Source: an uncultured delta proteobacterium (GTDB taxonomy: Bacteria; Desulfobacterota; Desulfobacteria; Desulfobacterales; JAFDCJ01). Taken from it: DNA of 64,000 nt. Position numbers and translations under genes: made by a program. Location of the stretch: NCBI GenBank assembly GCA_963769935.1, contig CAVYNY010000020.1, forward strand, positions 128,001 to 192,000. Reading direction: 5' to 3'. Positions 1 through 10,269 of the stretch are shown piece after piece (positions within the stretch are counted from its first letter, which is position 1; every line of letters begins with the position of its first letter). The notes under the pieces are model-generated. The model was not told the origin of the DNA. It ran no database searches and worked only from the letters and a program-made list of their open reading frames with translations.

Positions 1-643
1 CGCCGCCGGCCTTAGCATTGTCATGGCGGTTTTTCTGCTCTCGGTATCCGCCAAAAACCGCCTGATTCATTTTATTTTCCAGATTCCATTGACGGTTCCG
101 CACCTGGTGATCGCGGTGGCCATGGTATTTATGCTGACGCCGGCCGGTTTGTTGTCAAGGGTAGCCCTCAAACTCGGCCTGATCGACTCTTCCGCGGCGT
201 TTCCGCTGCTGGTAAACGATCGCTGGGGTATCGGTATGATACTGACCTATATCTGGAAAGAGATTCCGTTTATCACCCTGATGATTTTATCGGTGCTGCG
301 CCGCAGCGGTGCCGAACTTTTGGAAGTCGGCCGGACCCTGAAAGCGGGCCGGTGGCAGCGGTTCCGCTACATCACCCTGCCCACCATTTTTCCCAGTCTG
401 GGTGCGGCTTGTTTGATTGTCTTTGCTTACACCTTCGGCGCTTTCGAGGTGCCTTTTCTGTTGGGACGAACCTATCCCATGATGCTGCCGGTGTGGGCCT
501 ACAAAAATTACAGCGATGTGGACCTGCTGGCCCGCCCCGAGGGCATCGCCACCGGACTGATCATAGCCGGAGTTGTCGTCGTTGCCATCGTGTGCTCCCA
601 GGTGCTGACCCAGACCGCCCGGCGCCGGGGGATGATCCTGTGA
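1..643 (+). CDS. ABC transporter permease (PotB/YnjC-like), 5'-truncated by the window edge
   Basis: Hydrophobic ORF with EAA-type loop (ELLEVGRTLKAGRWQRFRYITLP) and FGAFEVPFLLG; first of a permease-permease-ATPase set. Confidence 0.85.
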   Translation, partial: AAGLSIVMAVFLLSVSAKNRLIHFIFQIPLTVPHLVIAVAMVFMLTPAGLLSRVALKLGLIDSSAAFPLLVNDRWGIGMILTYIWKEIPFITLMILSVLRRSGAELLEVGRTLKAGRWQRFRYITLPTIFPSLGAACLIVFAYTFGAFEVPFLLGRTYPMMLPVWAYKNYSDVDLLARPEGIATGLIIAGVVVVAIVCSQVLTQTARRRGMIL

Positions 644-1434
644 GGGCGTTTTACCGCCATATGGCCGCAGCAGCAATGATTACCACTGTTGGGTTGCCGT
701 TTCTGGTGCTGATTATATGGTCTTTCAGCACCCGCTGGTTTTACCCGCAATTGTGGCCCGCGCAGTGGGGACTGCGAGCCTGGCAGTATGTTTTCGGCAC
801 CGCCGGTTCTCAAATCGTCGCGGGGTTGATCCAGAGCATGCTGGTGGCTCTGGTCACGGCCATAATTTCGGTTCTGATCGGCGTACCGGCCGGAAGGGCA
901 CTGGGATTGTACAGTTTCAAAGGCAAGGACACGATTTCCATTATCCTGACGCTTCCGGTGATCGTACCCCCGCTGTGCGTGGCCATGGGACTGCAGCTGT
1001 GGTTTCTCAAACTGGGGTTGGCGGAAACGTTTGGCGGAGTGGTTCTGGTGCACCTGACGTTTTGTCTGCCTTACTCGGTTTTTGTCATGTGGGGGGTCTT
1101 TTCCAATTACAATCCGGATTACGAAGATCAGGCCCGTTCGCTGGGAGCTACTTCCTGGAAACTCATCACCCGCGTAATGCTGCCGCTGACTTTTCCCGGC
1201 ATCATAGTGGCCGGTTTATTTTCCTTTTTGCTTTCATGGAGTCAGTATCTGAGCACGTTGATCATCGGCGGCGGGCGGGTGACCACCCTGCCTATTTTGC
1301 TGTTTGCCCTCATGGGAAGCGGCGACCGGCCGGTGGCCGCCGCGGTCAGCATCGTATTCGTCGCCCCGGCGTTCCTGGCGCTGTTGTTCAGTGCCAGGTA
1401 TCTGGGCGGAAAAACTATTGCGGGGGTGCGTTGA
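640..1434 (+). CDS. ABC transporter permease (PotC-like)
   Basis: GTG start overlapping upstream TGA (GTGA); EDQARSLGA EAA loop, FLLSWSQY. Confidence 0.85.
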   Translation: MRAFYRHMAAAAMITTVGLPFLVLIIWSFSTRWFYPQLWPAQWGLRAWQYVFGTAGSQIVAGLIQSMLVALVTAIISVLIGVPAGRALGLYSFKGKDTISIILTLPVIVPPLCVAMGLQLWFLKLGLAETFGGVVLVHLTFCLPYSVFVMWGVFSNYNPDYEDQARSLGATSWKLITRVMLPLTFPGIIVAGLFSFLLSWSQYLSTLIIGGGRVTTLPILLFALMGSGDRPVAAAVSIVFVAPAFLALLFSARYLGGKTIAGVR

Positions 1435-2475
1435 TGGGTGAGCTGCTGCTGAAAAATCTAACCATCCGTTACGGCAGCGCAGCAGTGGTCCACGAATTCG
1501 ACCTTGCGGTATGTGATGCCGAGATGGTCTCCCTGCTGGGACCCAGCGGCGCCGGGAAGACCACGGTTCTCAAGGCCGTGGCCGGCCTGATCCATCCGCA
1601 AAAAGGTGAAATCATCATTGACGGGCAATCCGTACAGCATTTGCCCCCCGAAAAACGCAATGCGGTGATGGTGTTCCAGAAATCTCTCTTGTTTCCGTTT
1701 ATGAATGTGGCCCAAAACATCGGATTCGGCTTGCGCATGCGGGGGCAGCCCGGCGCGGAAATCCGGCAGGCAGATCGACCGGATCCTGGAACTGACGGAA
1801 CTCTCCGGTCTGGGACAGCGCAAAGTGCATGAACTTTCCGGCGGACAGCAACAGCGCGTAAGCCTGGCCCGGGCCCTGGTGCTCAAACCGGCCGTTCTCC
1901 TGCTGGATGAACCGCTGAGCAATCTGGATGCCAACCTGCGGCAGCAGATGCGCGAATTGATTCAGGACATCCAGGCCGAAACCCGGATCACCACCTTGTT
2001 CGTCACCCATGATCAGGCCGAGGCGCTGATGATATCGCACCGGGTGGGTCTGCTTTTAGACGGACGGCTACGCCAGGTCGGCGACCCCCGGGAGCTTTTT
2101 TACCGGCCGGCGGACACCGATGTGGCCCGCTTTTTCGGCGGCTGCAATTTTATCCAGGGTAAAGTAAGGGACGGGATGTTCCGGTCGGAGTTCGGCAATG
2201 CACCGGCACCGGCGATCAACGGCAACGGCCATTGGCTGACGGCCACCATCCGCCCGGAAGATATTCTCATCACCCCGGAGCCAAAATACGATCTGCAGGG
2301 AAAGGTCCAAAAAATCAATTTCGAAGGCAGCGCCACCCGCATCTGGGTGCAGTGCAGGGATACCCGTTTTGTGATCCTGACTTCAACAGCCGGTTTTGCC
2401 CCCGGCCAGAAGGTCGGCCTGCACCTGCCGCCGGCTAAAATCCGCATATTTCCTACCGAACAGGAATCCGTTTGA
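1434..2475 (+). CDS. ABC transporter ATP-binding protein (PotA-like, C-terminal TOBE); frameshift near 1770
   Basis: Walker A GPSGAGKT in one frame; [14 protein letters not shown] and H-loop in the next frame. Confidence 0.85.
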
Positions 2476-2526
2476 AATTAAAGGACATTTTAAATTCCAT
2501 TGCATTGGCGACCTCTTCGATAAACG

Positions 2527-3558
2527 ATGACACAAAACTTAATGTCCGACATGCTGCCCCAGGTGGCTGAATATCTTAACACCCGGGACTGGAAAGACGC
2601 CCCCGCCATGCGGGGCCGCCAATTTACGGTTTCGCCCTTAGCACAGGGCGAATACAACCTGAATTATCTGATATCGTCTGATTTTCTCCAACTCGTCTTT
2701 CGGGTAAATATCGGCACCCAGATCGATCGCGCCGATCAGATCGTCTACGAATATAAAGCCCTGGATCTGCTGAAGCATAGCGGGGTGACCCCCAGGCCCC
2801 ATTTTGTCGATGATACGCGCCGCTTCTTCGATCGCGGCATCCTGATCATGGACTATCTGCCGGGGGAAGCTCTGGACTACGACAGGGACCTGCCGCAGGC
2901 GGCCGCTCTTTTAGCAACCGTCCACCAGGTGGATGTTCCGGCTGAAAACAATCACCTGATTCGCGAAGACGCACCCCTGTCCCTGATTTATGAAGAGTGC
3001 GCCGGGTTGCTTCAGCAATACTTTGATTCGGATCTGGCAGATCCGGCTATCCGGGATTATTTGATGGATTTAAAGGCCTGGGCGGCCACAGCCCGGGCCG
3101 GGGAGGATTACTATCGGCAGGATCCCTGGCCGTGCATCGTGAATACGGAAGTCAACTCAGGCAATTTCATCGTAAACCGTAAAAAAGGAACGATTCACCT
3201 GGTGGACTGGGAGATGCCCCGCTGGGGCGACCCTTCCCAGGACCTGTCGCACTTCTGCTCGCCGCTGACCACCCTGTGGAAAACCGACTGGCGCATGTCG
3301 CCGGCGAAAAAGCGCGATTTTCTAAAAACTTACTGCCGGCACATCCAAGACCGCCACCTGCGGGATACCCTGGAAGAGCGGGTGCGCCTGCGCGATCCTT
3401 TTGTTTACCTGCGCGGCATTTCCTGGTCGGCCATGGGCTGGACGGCGTATCAAACCGGGTATTCCGGCATGAAAAACCCCGACACCTGGGCCAAGCTGCA
3501 ACAGTACCTGGACCTTGAATTCATCCGTTCGCTGTTTAATAAATTTATCGGCCACTGA
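2527..3558 (+). CDS. APH/choline kinase-like phosphotransferase family protein
   Basis: GEYNLNY N-terminal loop, NTEVNSGNF (Brenner-like) and LVDWE...GDP..DL motifs. Confidence 0.75.
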   Translation: MTQNLMSDMLPQVAEYLNTRDWKDAPAMRGRQFTVSPLAQGEYNLNYLISSDFLQLVFRVNIGTQIDRADQIVYEYKALDLLKHSGVTPRPHFVDDTRRFFDRGILIMDYLPGEALDYDRDLPQAAALLATVHQVDVPAENNHLIREDAPLSLIYEECAGLLQQYFDSDLADPAIRDYLMDLKAWAATARAGEDYYRQDPWPCIVNTEVNSGNFIVNRKKGTIHLVDWEMPRWGDPSQDLSHFCSPLTTLWKTDWRMSPAKKRDFLKTYCRHIQDRHLRDTLEERVRLRDPFVYLRGISWSAMGWTAYQTGYSGMKNPDTWAKLQQYLDLEFIRSLFNKFIGH

Positions 3559-3642
3559 TGCATGTTAAAACAGCAAATCAAATCATCCATGGAAAATCCG
3601 GTAGTGTGCAGCAATTCACCATAATCTGCTTTTGTTTGTGGT

Positions 3643-5481
3643 TTATTTCTTTTTCGTCTTGCCGCCGCGCAGGGTGTAGCGCTTGTGGGCCGAGAGGGCG
3701 GCTTTGCGCATGCGCACAGACTGGGGGGTTACCTCCACCAGCTCGTCTTCGCGGATGAAGCTGATGGTCTGCTCCAGGGTGATCGGTTTGATGGGAGACA
3801 ATATGACGTTTTCATCTTTACCGGAGGCGCGCATGTTGGACAGCTTCTTTTCCTTGCAGGGGTTGACGTCGATATCCTGGCCCCGGTTGTGTTCGCCGAT
3901 GATCATGCCTTCATAAACCGGATCGCCGGGCAATATAAAAAGCCGGCCCCGGGGCTCCAGGTTAAACAGGGCATAGGGGACGGCATGGCCGGTGCGATCG
4001 GCTACGATGGAGCCGGTGAAACGACTGGGGCACTCCCCGCGGAACGGCTCGTAGCCGTCGAAGAGGGCATGCATGATCCCGGTGCCGCGGGTATCGGTCA
4101 GAAACTCGTCGCGGTAACCGATCAGCGTCCGGGCCGGCACGGAAAATTCGATGCGCACCCGTCCCTTGCCGTTATTGACAAGGTTGGTCATCTTGCCCTT
4201 GCGCAGCGCGAGTTTTTCCGTCACAACGCCCAGAAAGCCCTCCTGGCAGTCGACCAGCAGCCTTTCTACCGGCTCGAGCTTTTGACCGTTTTGGTAGCGG
4301 AAAATGGCCTCGGGCCTGCCGACACAAAATTCATAGCCTTCCCGGCGCATGGTCTCGATTAAAATGGCCAGTTGAAACTCACCCCGGCCCTTGACCACGA
4401 TGCTGTCACGCTCTTCGGTTTCTTCCACGCCGATGGCCACATTGACAAGGGTTTCTTTTAACAACCGCTCCCGGATACGGCTGAACTGAACATACTTTCC
4501 TTCTTTACCGCCAAAGGGTGAGTTGTTGAAGGTAAATTTCATGGACACCGTGGGTTCATCCACGCTGATGCGGGGCAGGGCGACGGGGGCCTGCTGGTTG
4601 CAGATGGTATCGCCGATATTGACGTCGTCAATGCCCGCCAGCACCACAATGTCGCCCGGCTGGACCTCGCGCACCTCTTTTAATTGCATGCCCTCGTAGA
4701 CCTGAAGCTTGGAGATCTTGAGGGGCACGCGCCGGCCGTTTTTACCCAGGCAGACCAGACTGTCGTTGGACCGGGCCGTACCGTTAAAAGTTTTACCGAC
4801 GGCCAGTCGGCCCAGGTAATCCGAATAGCCCAGATCCGAGACAAGCATCTGAAAAGGTGCGCCGGGATCGTGGGAAGGGCCGGGAATCATTTCAAGGATG
4901 GTTTCGAACAGTACATTCAGGTTTGCGGCCGGCTCGTTCAGTTTTTTTTGGACAATTCCCTCCCGGCCGACGGCGTAGAGCAACGGAAATTCAATCTGTT
5001 CGTCGGTGGCATTGAGATCGATCAGCAGGTCGTAAATCTCATCGAGGACTTCGGCCGGCCGGGCATCCTGACGGTCGATTTTGTTGATGATCACGATGAT
5101 TTTAAGATCGGCCTCCAGGGCTTTTTTGAGGACAAACCGGGTTTGGGGCAACGGGCCTTCCGAGGCGTCCACCAGCAGAATCGCCCCATCCGCCATGGAA
5201 AGGGCCCGCTCCACTTCACCGCCGAAATCCGCGTGGCCGGGGGTGTCGATGATATTGATCCGCACCCCCTCCCAGAGGACCGAACAGTTCTTGGCCGCGA
5301 TGGTGATGCCGCGCTCGCGCTCCAGGTCCAGAGTGTCCATGAGCCGCTCGTCGACCTGCTGGTCGGCTCTGAAAAGACCGCTCTGCCGGAACATGGCATC
5401 CACCAGGGTGGTTTTGCCGTGGTCGACATGGGCGATGATGGCAATGTTGCGCAGGCTGTCGTTGATGATCGCGTCGGGCAT
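3643..5481 (-). CDS. typA: Translational GTPase TypA/BipA
   Basis: NIAIIAHVDHGKTTLVD, ERERGITI, DTPGHADFGGEVER, GRGEFQLAILIETMRREG; 612 aa. Confidence 0.97.
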   Translation of the reverse strand: MPDAIINDSLRNIAIIAHVDHGKTTLVDAMFRQSGLFRADQQVDERLMDTLDLERERGITIAAKNCSVLWEGVRINIIDTPGHADFGGEVERALSMADGAILLVDASEGPLPQTRFVLKKALEADLKIIVIINKIDRQDARPAEVLDEIYDLLIDLNATDEQIEFPLLYAVGREGIVQKKLNEPAANLNVLFETILEMIPGPSHDPGAPFQMLVSDLGYSDYLGRLAVGKTFNGTARSNDSLVCLGKNGRRVPLKISKLQVYEGMQLKEVREVQPGDIVVLAGIDDVNIGDTICNQQAPVALPRISVDEPTVSMKFTFNNSPFGGKEGKYVQFSRIRERLLKETLVNVAIGVEETEERDSIVVKGRGEFQLAILIETMRREGYEFCVGRPEAIFRYQNGQKLEPVERLLVDCQEGFLGVVTEKLALRKGKMTNLVNNGKGRVRIEFSVPARTLIGYRDEFLTDTRGTGIMHALFDGYEPFRGECPSRFTGSIVADRTGHAVPYALFNLEPRGRLFILPGDPVYEGMIIGEHNRGQDIDVNPCKEKKLSNMRASGKDENVILSPIKPITLEQTISFIREDELVEVTPQSVRMRKAALSAHKRYTLRGGKTKKK

Positions 5482-5664
5482 AATTTGTGTGTGTCCTTAC
5501 TGTGTATCCTTTAGCCGGCCAGGCCGGAATTCGCAATATAACCATCGGTTCGCCAATTACAAGAGCATAAAGCAAGTTGATTAAAGTCTTTGAAATGAAT
5601 ATCCTAGTATCGACAATAAATTTTTTACAGCTCGTCGCCGAGCGTCAAGACGGAGAAATCAATC

Positions 5665-6810
5665 ATGATCAAACCGATTTATCTGGATTACAATGGGACG
5701 ACGCCCCATGCCCCGGAAGTGATCGAGGCCATGCGGCCGTTTCTGGAAACCGAATTCGGCAATCCCTCCAGCACCCACTGGTACGGCATCAAACCCAAAC
5801 AGGCCGTGGAGACGGCCCGCCGGCAGGTGGCCGGCCTCCTCAACTGCAGTCCGGCCGAGGTTATTTTTACCAGCGGCGGCACGGAATCCAACAACCACGC
5901 CATCCGGGGCGTGGCCCGGCAGCTCAGGGGCAAAGGCAATCACATCATCACCAGCAGTTTCGAACATCCGGCGGTGCTCGAGGTCTGCCGCTACCTTGAA
6001 TCATATGGCTTTGAGACCACCTATCTGCCGGTCAGTGAAGAAGGTCTGGTGGATCCGGATGATGTCGCACAAGCCGTGCGCCCCACCACCATTCTGATCA
6101 CCATTATGCATGCCAACAATGAAGTCGGGACCGTGCAGCCGATTGCCGAAATCAGTCGTATCGCGAAACAACACGGCATCGTCATGCACACCGACGCCGC
6201 CCAATCGGTGGGGAAAATACCGACTGATGTCGCCCAACTGGGGGTGGACTTGCTCTCGGTGGCCGGCCACAAGGTGTATGCACCCAAGGGCATCGGTGCG
6301 CTGTATGTGCGCCCTCCGCTGGCGCCCGAAAAATTCTGCCACGGTGCCGGGCAGGAAATGGGCCGGCGGGCCGGAACCGAGAACGTGCCGGCAATCGTCG
6401 GGCTGGGTAAAGCCTGTGAAATCGCCCAACGGGATCTGGATAAAAATATGGCCCGTATGAAATTTCTGCGCGATCGGCTGCACGAGGGGCTTTTAGGGCA
6501 GCTGCCCAACATTCGCCTGAACGGACACCTCGACCACCGTCTGCCGAATACGCTGAATATCTCTTTCAGGGGGCGGGAAGCCAACCGCGTCCTGGAAGAT
6601 ATCGGTCTCGAGGTGGCCGCGTCGGCCGGTGCGGCCTGTCACTCGGACTTGGTGGAAATTTCCCATGTCCTGCATGCCATGGGTGTGCCCCTGGAATGGG
6701 CCAAAGGCACCCTGCGGTTCAGCGTCGGCCGAATGACGACCGAAGCGGAAATCGATAAAACAATTCGGGTGATAGCCGAGGCCTTAGGCCGGTCTGACTG
6801 CACTGCATAA
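5665..6810 (+). CDS. Cysteine desulfurase family (IscS/NifS group I, selenocysteine-lyase-like)
   Basis: YLDYNGTT, FTSGGTESNN, HTDAAQS, GHKVYAPKG (PLP Lys), SAGAACHS catalytic Cys loop. Confidence 0.9.
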   Translation: MIKPIYLDYNGTTPHAPEVIEAMRPFLETEFGNPSSTHWYGIKPKQAVETARRQVAGLLNCSPAEVIFTSGGTESNNHAIRGVARQLRGKGNHIITSSFEHPAVLEVCRYLESYGFETTYLPVSEEGLVDPDDVAQAVRPTTILITIMHANNEVGTVQPIAEISRIAKQHGIVMHTDAAQSVGKIPTDVAQLGVDLLSVAGHKVYAPKGIGALYVRPPLAPEKFCHGAGQEMGRRAGTENVPAIVGLGKACEIAQRDLDKNMARMKFLRDRLHEGLLGQLPNIRLNGHLDHRLPNTLNISFRGREANRVLEDIGLEVAASAGAACHSDLVEISHVLHAMGVPLEWAKGTLRFSVGRMTTEAEIDKTIRVIAEALGRSDCTA

Positions 6811-6823
6811 AGGAAGGAGAAAG

Positions 6824-7114
6824 ATGATGGCAATTCGGGTACTGATGCGGAGAAAATTTTCAGAAGACAAGGCCGAGGCCCTGCGGGAACTCACCGGCAA
6901 AATGCGTATTCTGGCAATGGACCAGTCCGGGTACATCTCCGGTGAAACGCTTAAAAGAATAGACCGGCCGGGTGAGAGCCTTGTTATCAGCAAATGGAAA
7001 ACGCGGGAGGCGTGGGAGAATTGGTACAGGACGCCGGAGCGGGAAAGTATGCAAAAAAAATTCGACGAACTTTTGGGGGTGAAAACGGAGTACGAGATCT
7101 ACGATTTCGATTAG
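6824..7114 (+). CDS. Antibiotic biosynthesis monooxygenase (ABM) domain protein
   Basis: 96 aa, GYISGETL...VISKW.....WENW pattern; strong RBS AAGGAG. Confidence 0.8.
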   Translation: MMAIRVLMRRKFSEDKAEALRELTGKMRILAMDQSGYISGETLKRIDRPGESLVISKWKTREAWENWYRTPERESMQKKFDELLGVKTEYEIYDFD

Positions 7115-7576
7115 CTATTTCGCAATCGACATCACCTTGCAACCGAGTGCCGCCACGATGTCGCCGGGAGCCATTTTGAGCATGACACCCCGCTGCCCGG
7201 CGTTGATCAGGATCTCCTCATTGGCCAGAATGCTTTCTTCCATAAAGGTCTCCAGCCGCTGCTGTGTGCCGAAAGGACTGATCCCGCCGACCAGGTATCC
7301 GGTCAGCCGTTCGGCGGTTTTGATATCGACCATCGCACTGCGCTTGGCCCCGCACAGAGCCGCCAGCTTTTTGAGATCCAGCTCCCTGTGCCCGGGCAGC
7401 AGCGCCAGGCAGTAGCTTTTGCGGTCTAATTCCACCACCAGGGTCTTTACCGTGCGCGCGAGGGGATAGCCGGTAGCCTTGGCTGCGAATTCGGCCCCTT
7501 TCTCCTCGTGTTCATATTTGACCACTTCGTAGGGCAACTTTTTTCTCTTCAGATATGCAATCGCACGGGTGGACAC
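7115..7576 (-). CDS. ybaK: Cys-tRNA(Pro) deacylase YbaK/EbsC
   Basis: KTLVV, TGYLVGGISPFG, NAGQRG motifs. Confidence 0.9.
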   Translation of the reverse strand: MSTRAIAYLKRKKLPYEVVKYEHEEKGAEFAAKATGYPLARTVKTLVVELDRKSYCLALLPGHRELDLKKLAALCGAKRSAMVDIKTAERLTGYLVGGISPFGTQQRLETFMEESILANEEILINAGQRGVMLKMAPGDIVAALGCKVMSIAK

Positions 7577-7898
7577 AGGATGCCTGCCTTGGCTAGGCGC
7601 TTAGACGTAAGGTCTTCGCATTTTCTGATAAAATATTTTCTCGCAAAGCCGCAGAGCTCGCAAAGGTAATTTATTAAGTTAAACTTGGCGTCTTTGCGCC
7701 TAGTTTGCGAGTCCGCCGAAGGCGGATCGATTCCGGTTCATCCGGGTTAGGGGACGGCAATTTGATTTTCACACGCGATTTCTATACAGCGGTGAAAGGG
7801 ATGTCAATCTGAAAAAGTAATTTTTGCAGCCTAGGGGCCAACACCGATGGACAAGCGGTCTGTTTCGCTCGTCTGTCGACGGGGGAATATTTTTTGCT

Positions 7899-8095
7899 TG
7901 ACAAGGTCGTTTTATAATTGTTAGTTACGCCCTCAAGCCGGGGCAGGAAGCCCCGGTGCGCCGTCAGCCGGTGAGTCAGATTGAAAACCGGAGCGACCTG
8001 CGGGTCTGAGGCGGTATTTCCATAAAATGTTAAACAAAGCCACGAAGGCGATTTTCCCAAAATGGGGAAAAAGCGGTCGTGGCTTTTTTATTTTT
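7899..8095 (+). promoter_or_regulatory. Promoter and structured 5' leader ending in a terminator-like hairpin (candidate riboswitch/attenuator) of the Ni/Co uptake operon
   Basis: TTGACA at 7899; several GC stems at 7929-8013; GCCACG...CGTGGC stem followed by a U-tract at 8039-8095. Confidence 0.55.
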
Positions 8096-8282
8096 ACGGG
8101 CCATGCGATGTTTTCATTTAGCGGCAATGTCGTTACTATGAACGCTTGAGGAATGATCTTCGATCATCGCATTCCTGAAAGCGCAAACAAAGCTGCTGAA
8201 CCCGGGTTTGAAGAGTCGGATTTGGAAATGCTCCATTAACCGTCACCCGATAACGGCAACCCAATTATAGGGAGGATTAAAA

Positions 8283-9055
8283 ATGAAGTTTGGCAAAATG
8301 ACAGCCCTGATTGTTTTTTTAACCTTGATCGCGGCAGGTCCGGCCTGGTCGCATTTTGGGATGTTGATTCCCTCGGATTCAATGGTGATGCAGGACGACA
8401 ACCGGACGGTAACGGTCACCCTGTCTTTTTCCCACCCCTTCGAAATGGTGGGGATGGACTTGGTAAAACCTAAAGTTTTCAGCGTGCTGGCCGGCGGAAA
8501 GACCCAGAACCTGCTCGGTTCACTGGAAGCCACCCGGGTAATGGACCACACGGCCTGGCAGGCGGCATATCCGGTAAAGCGCCCCGGGGTGTATATGTTT
8601 TACATGGAGCCCGAACCATACTGGGAGCCGGCTGAGGATTCGTTTATCGTTCATTATACCAAGAGTGTCGTAGCGGCTTTTGGTGACGACGAAGGCTGGG
8701 ATGAGGAGATCGGGCTCAAGACCGAAATCGTTCCCTTGTCCAAACCCTTCGGCCTGTATGCCGGCAACGTTTTTCAGGGGATTGTGAAGCTGAACGGCAA
8801 ACCCGTACCATTTGCCGAGGTCGAAGTCGAATACTATAACAGGGACAAGAAGTATACGGCCCCGACCGAGTATATGATTACCCAAACCATCAAGTCCGAT
8901 GGCAACGGCGTGTTCACTTACGCGGCCCCGGTTTCCGGCTGGTGGGGTTTTGCGGCGCTTAAACGGAGCTGATTTCAAACTGCCGCATGAAGGAGAAGAA
9001 AAAGAATGTCGAACTGGGAGCGGTTATCTGGGTGTACTTTCATGAAATGAAATAG
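8283..9055 (+). CDS. DUF4198 / NikM-type periplasmic nickel/cobalt uptake protein; frameshifts near 8965 and 9005
   Basis: Signal peptide ending AWS followed by mature N-terminal His (HFGMLIP); [10 protein letters not shown]-terminus ELGAVIWV recovered in another frame. Confidence 0.85.
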
Positions 9056-9073
9056 CAAAAATAAGGAGAGAAG

Positions 9074-10180
9074 ATGAAGAGACGACCGTGTTTAACCGCT
9101 GTCGGCGGAATTGCGGCCCTAATTTGCCTCTTATTTTTGAGCGGAACCGTATCAGCATATGATGTAACGGACAAGCTGTCCATCGGCGGTGTGATCGCCG
9201 GTGCCTACCAGCAGCAGTGGGTGGACGGCGACGACAATCTGGGCCGCGGCGCGCTGCCTTTCCAGCCCGAGTTCAGCTTCCGGCCCACTGAACAGGACGA
9301 GATTTTTGCCAACTTCGGTTTTGCCGCCGGCAACGGCTTAAACGGGGTGACCGGCTTCATCCTGGCCCCCTGGGCCGCGGACCTGGAAGACGATGTCAAG
9401 GACATCAACGGCCGCAACCGGGACTACCTGCTGACCGTCTGGTACAAGCACACCTTTGCCCTGGGAGAGAACAACGCCCTGGCCCTGACCGGCGGCATCA
9501 TCGATGCGACCGCCTACATCGATGAAAATACCTATGCCAACGATGAGTACACCCAGTTCATGAACGAGGCCCTGGTCAATGCCCCCAACGGCTTTGCCCC
9601 CTCCTATGATATCGGCGGGGCCGCGGAATGGGAGGTCGGCAGCTGGGATATCACCGCCCTGGGGATGAATGTGGGGGAAAACGAGGACGGCAACAACTAC
9701 AACTTTTTTGCCGGCCAGATCGGCTACAAGCTGAAAACCGCCCTGGGAGAAGGCAACTACCGGGTGATCGGCCAGATGACGAGCAAAGAGTTTGCCGACG
9801 AAAACGGTGGCAAGGAAAAGCGGGCGGGAGTCTTCATATCATTCGATCAGCAGCTGGGCGAGATCTTCGGGGCCTGGATTCGCTGCGGCTGGCAGGACGA
9901 CCAGGTCCTTATCGACTATGATGCGCTGTTTTCAGGCGGGCTGAACATTACCGGCAAGTGGTATGGCCGCGCGGCCGACAACATCGGTATCGGCTACGCC
10001 TGGCTGAACGGCAAAAACGATTTGGACTACACACAGGTCGCCGAGGTTTATTGGCGGGTTGTGCTCAATGACTATTTTGCCGTCACAGCGGACCTGCAGT
10101 ACATGCAGGACAAATACGACACCGGCAGCGATGATGTTGACGGGTTTATCGGCGGGCTGCGGATGACTGCCGAATTCTGA
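9074..10180 (+). CDS. Outer-membrane porin (OprB/carbohydrate-porin-like)
   Basis: Signal peptide, NDEYTQFMN motif, amphipathic beta strands, C-terminal Phe (MTAEF). Confidence 0.75.
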   Translation: MKRRPCLTAVGGIAALICLLFLSGTVSAYDVTDKLSIGGVIAGAYQQQWVDGDDNLGRGALPFQPEFSFRPTEQDEIFANFGFAAGNGLNGVTGFILAPWAADLEDDVKDINGRNRDYLLTVWYKHTFALGENNALALTGGIIDATAYIDENTYANDEYTQFMNEALVNAPNGFAPSYDIGGAAEWEVGSWDITALGMNVGENEDGNNYNFFAGQIGYKLKTALGEGNYRVIGQMTSKEFADENGGKEKRAGVFISFDQQLGEIFGAWIRCGWQDDQVLIDYDALFSGGLNITGKWYGRAADNIGIGYAWLNGKNDLDYTQVAEVYWRVVLNDYFAVTADLQYMQDKYDTGSDDVDGFIGGLRMTAEF

Positions 10181-10269
10181 TCTGATTTTTTTATCTAGTC
10201 CGCTGCCCCCGTGGGAAATCACAAAATTCTGGTGCCGATTGCCTTCGGGTAAAAGAAAGGATTTCTCTT

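Noticed and set aside
3685..5514. Long antisense or overlapping ORFs here and throughout the ORF track
   Set aside because: Shadows of GC-rich coding strands with no recognisable motifs or RBS
7905..7932. NikR operator in the Ni/Co promoter
   Set aside because: Only weak dyad symmetry; cannot be supported without a matrix search
7929..8013. tRNA or tRNA-Sec cloverleaf
   Set aside because: No T-loop TTCRA, no credible anticodon arm, no CCA end
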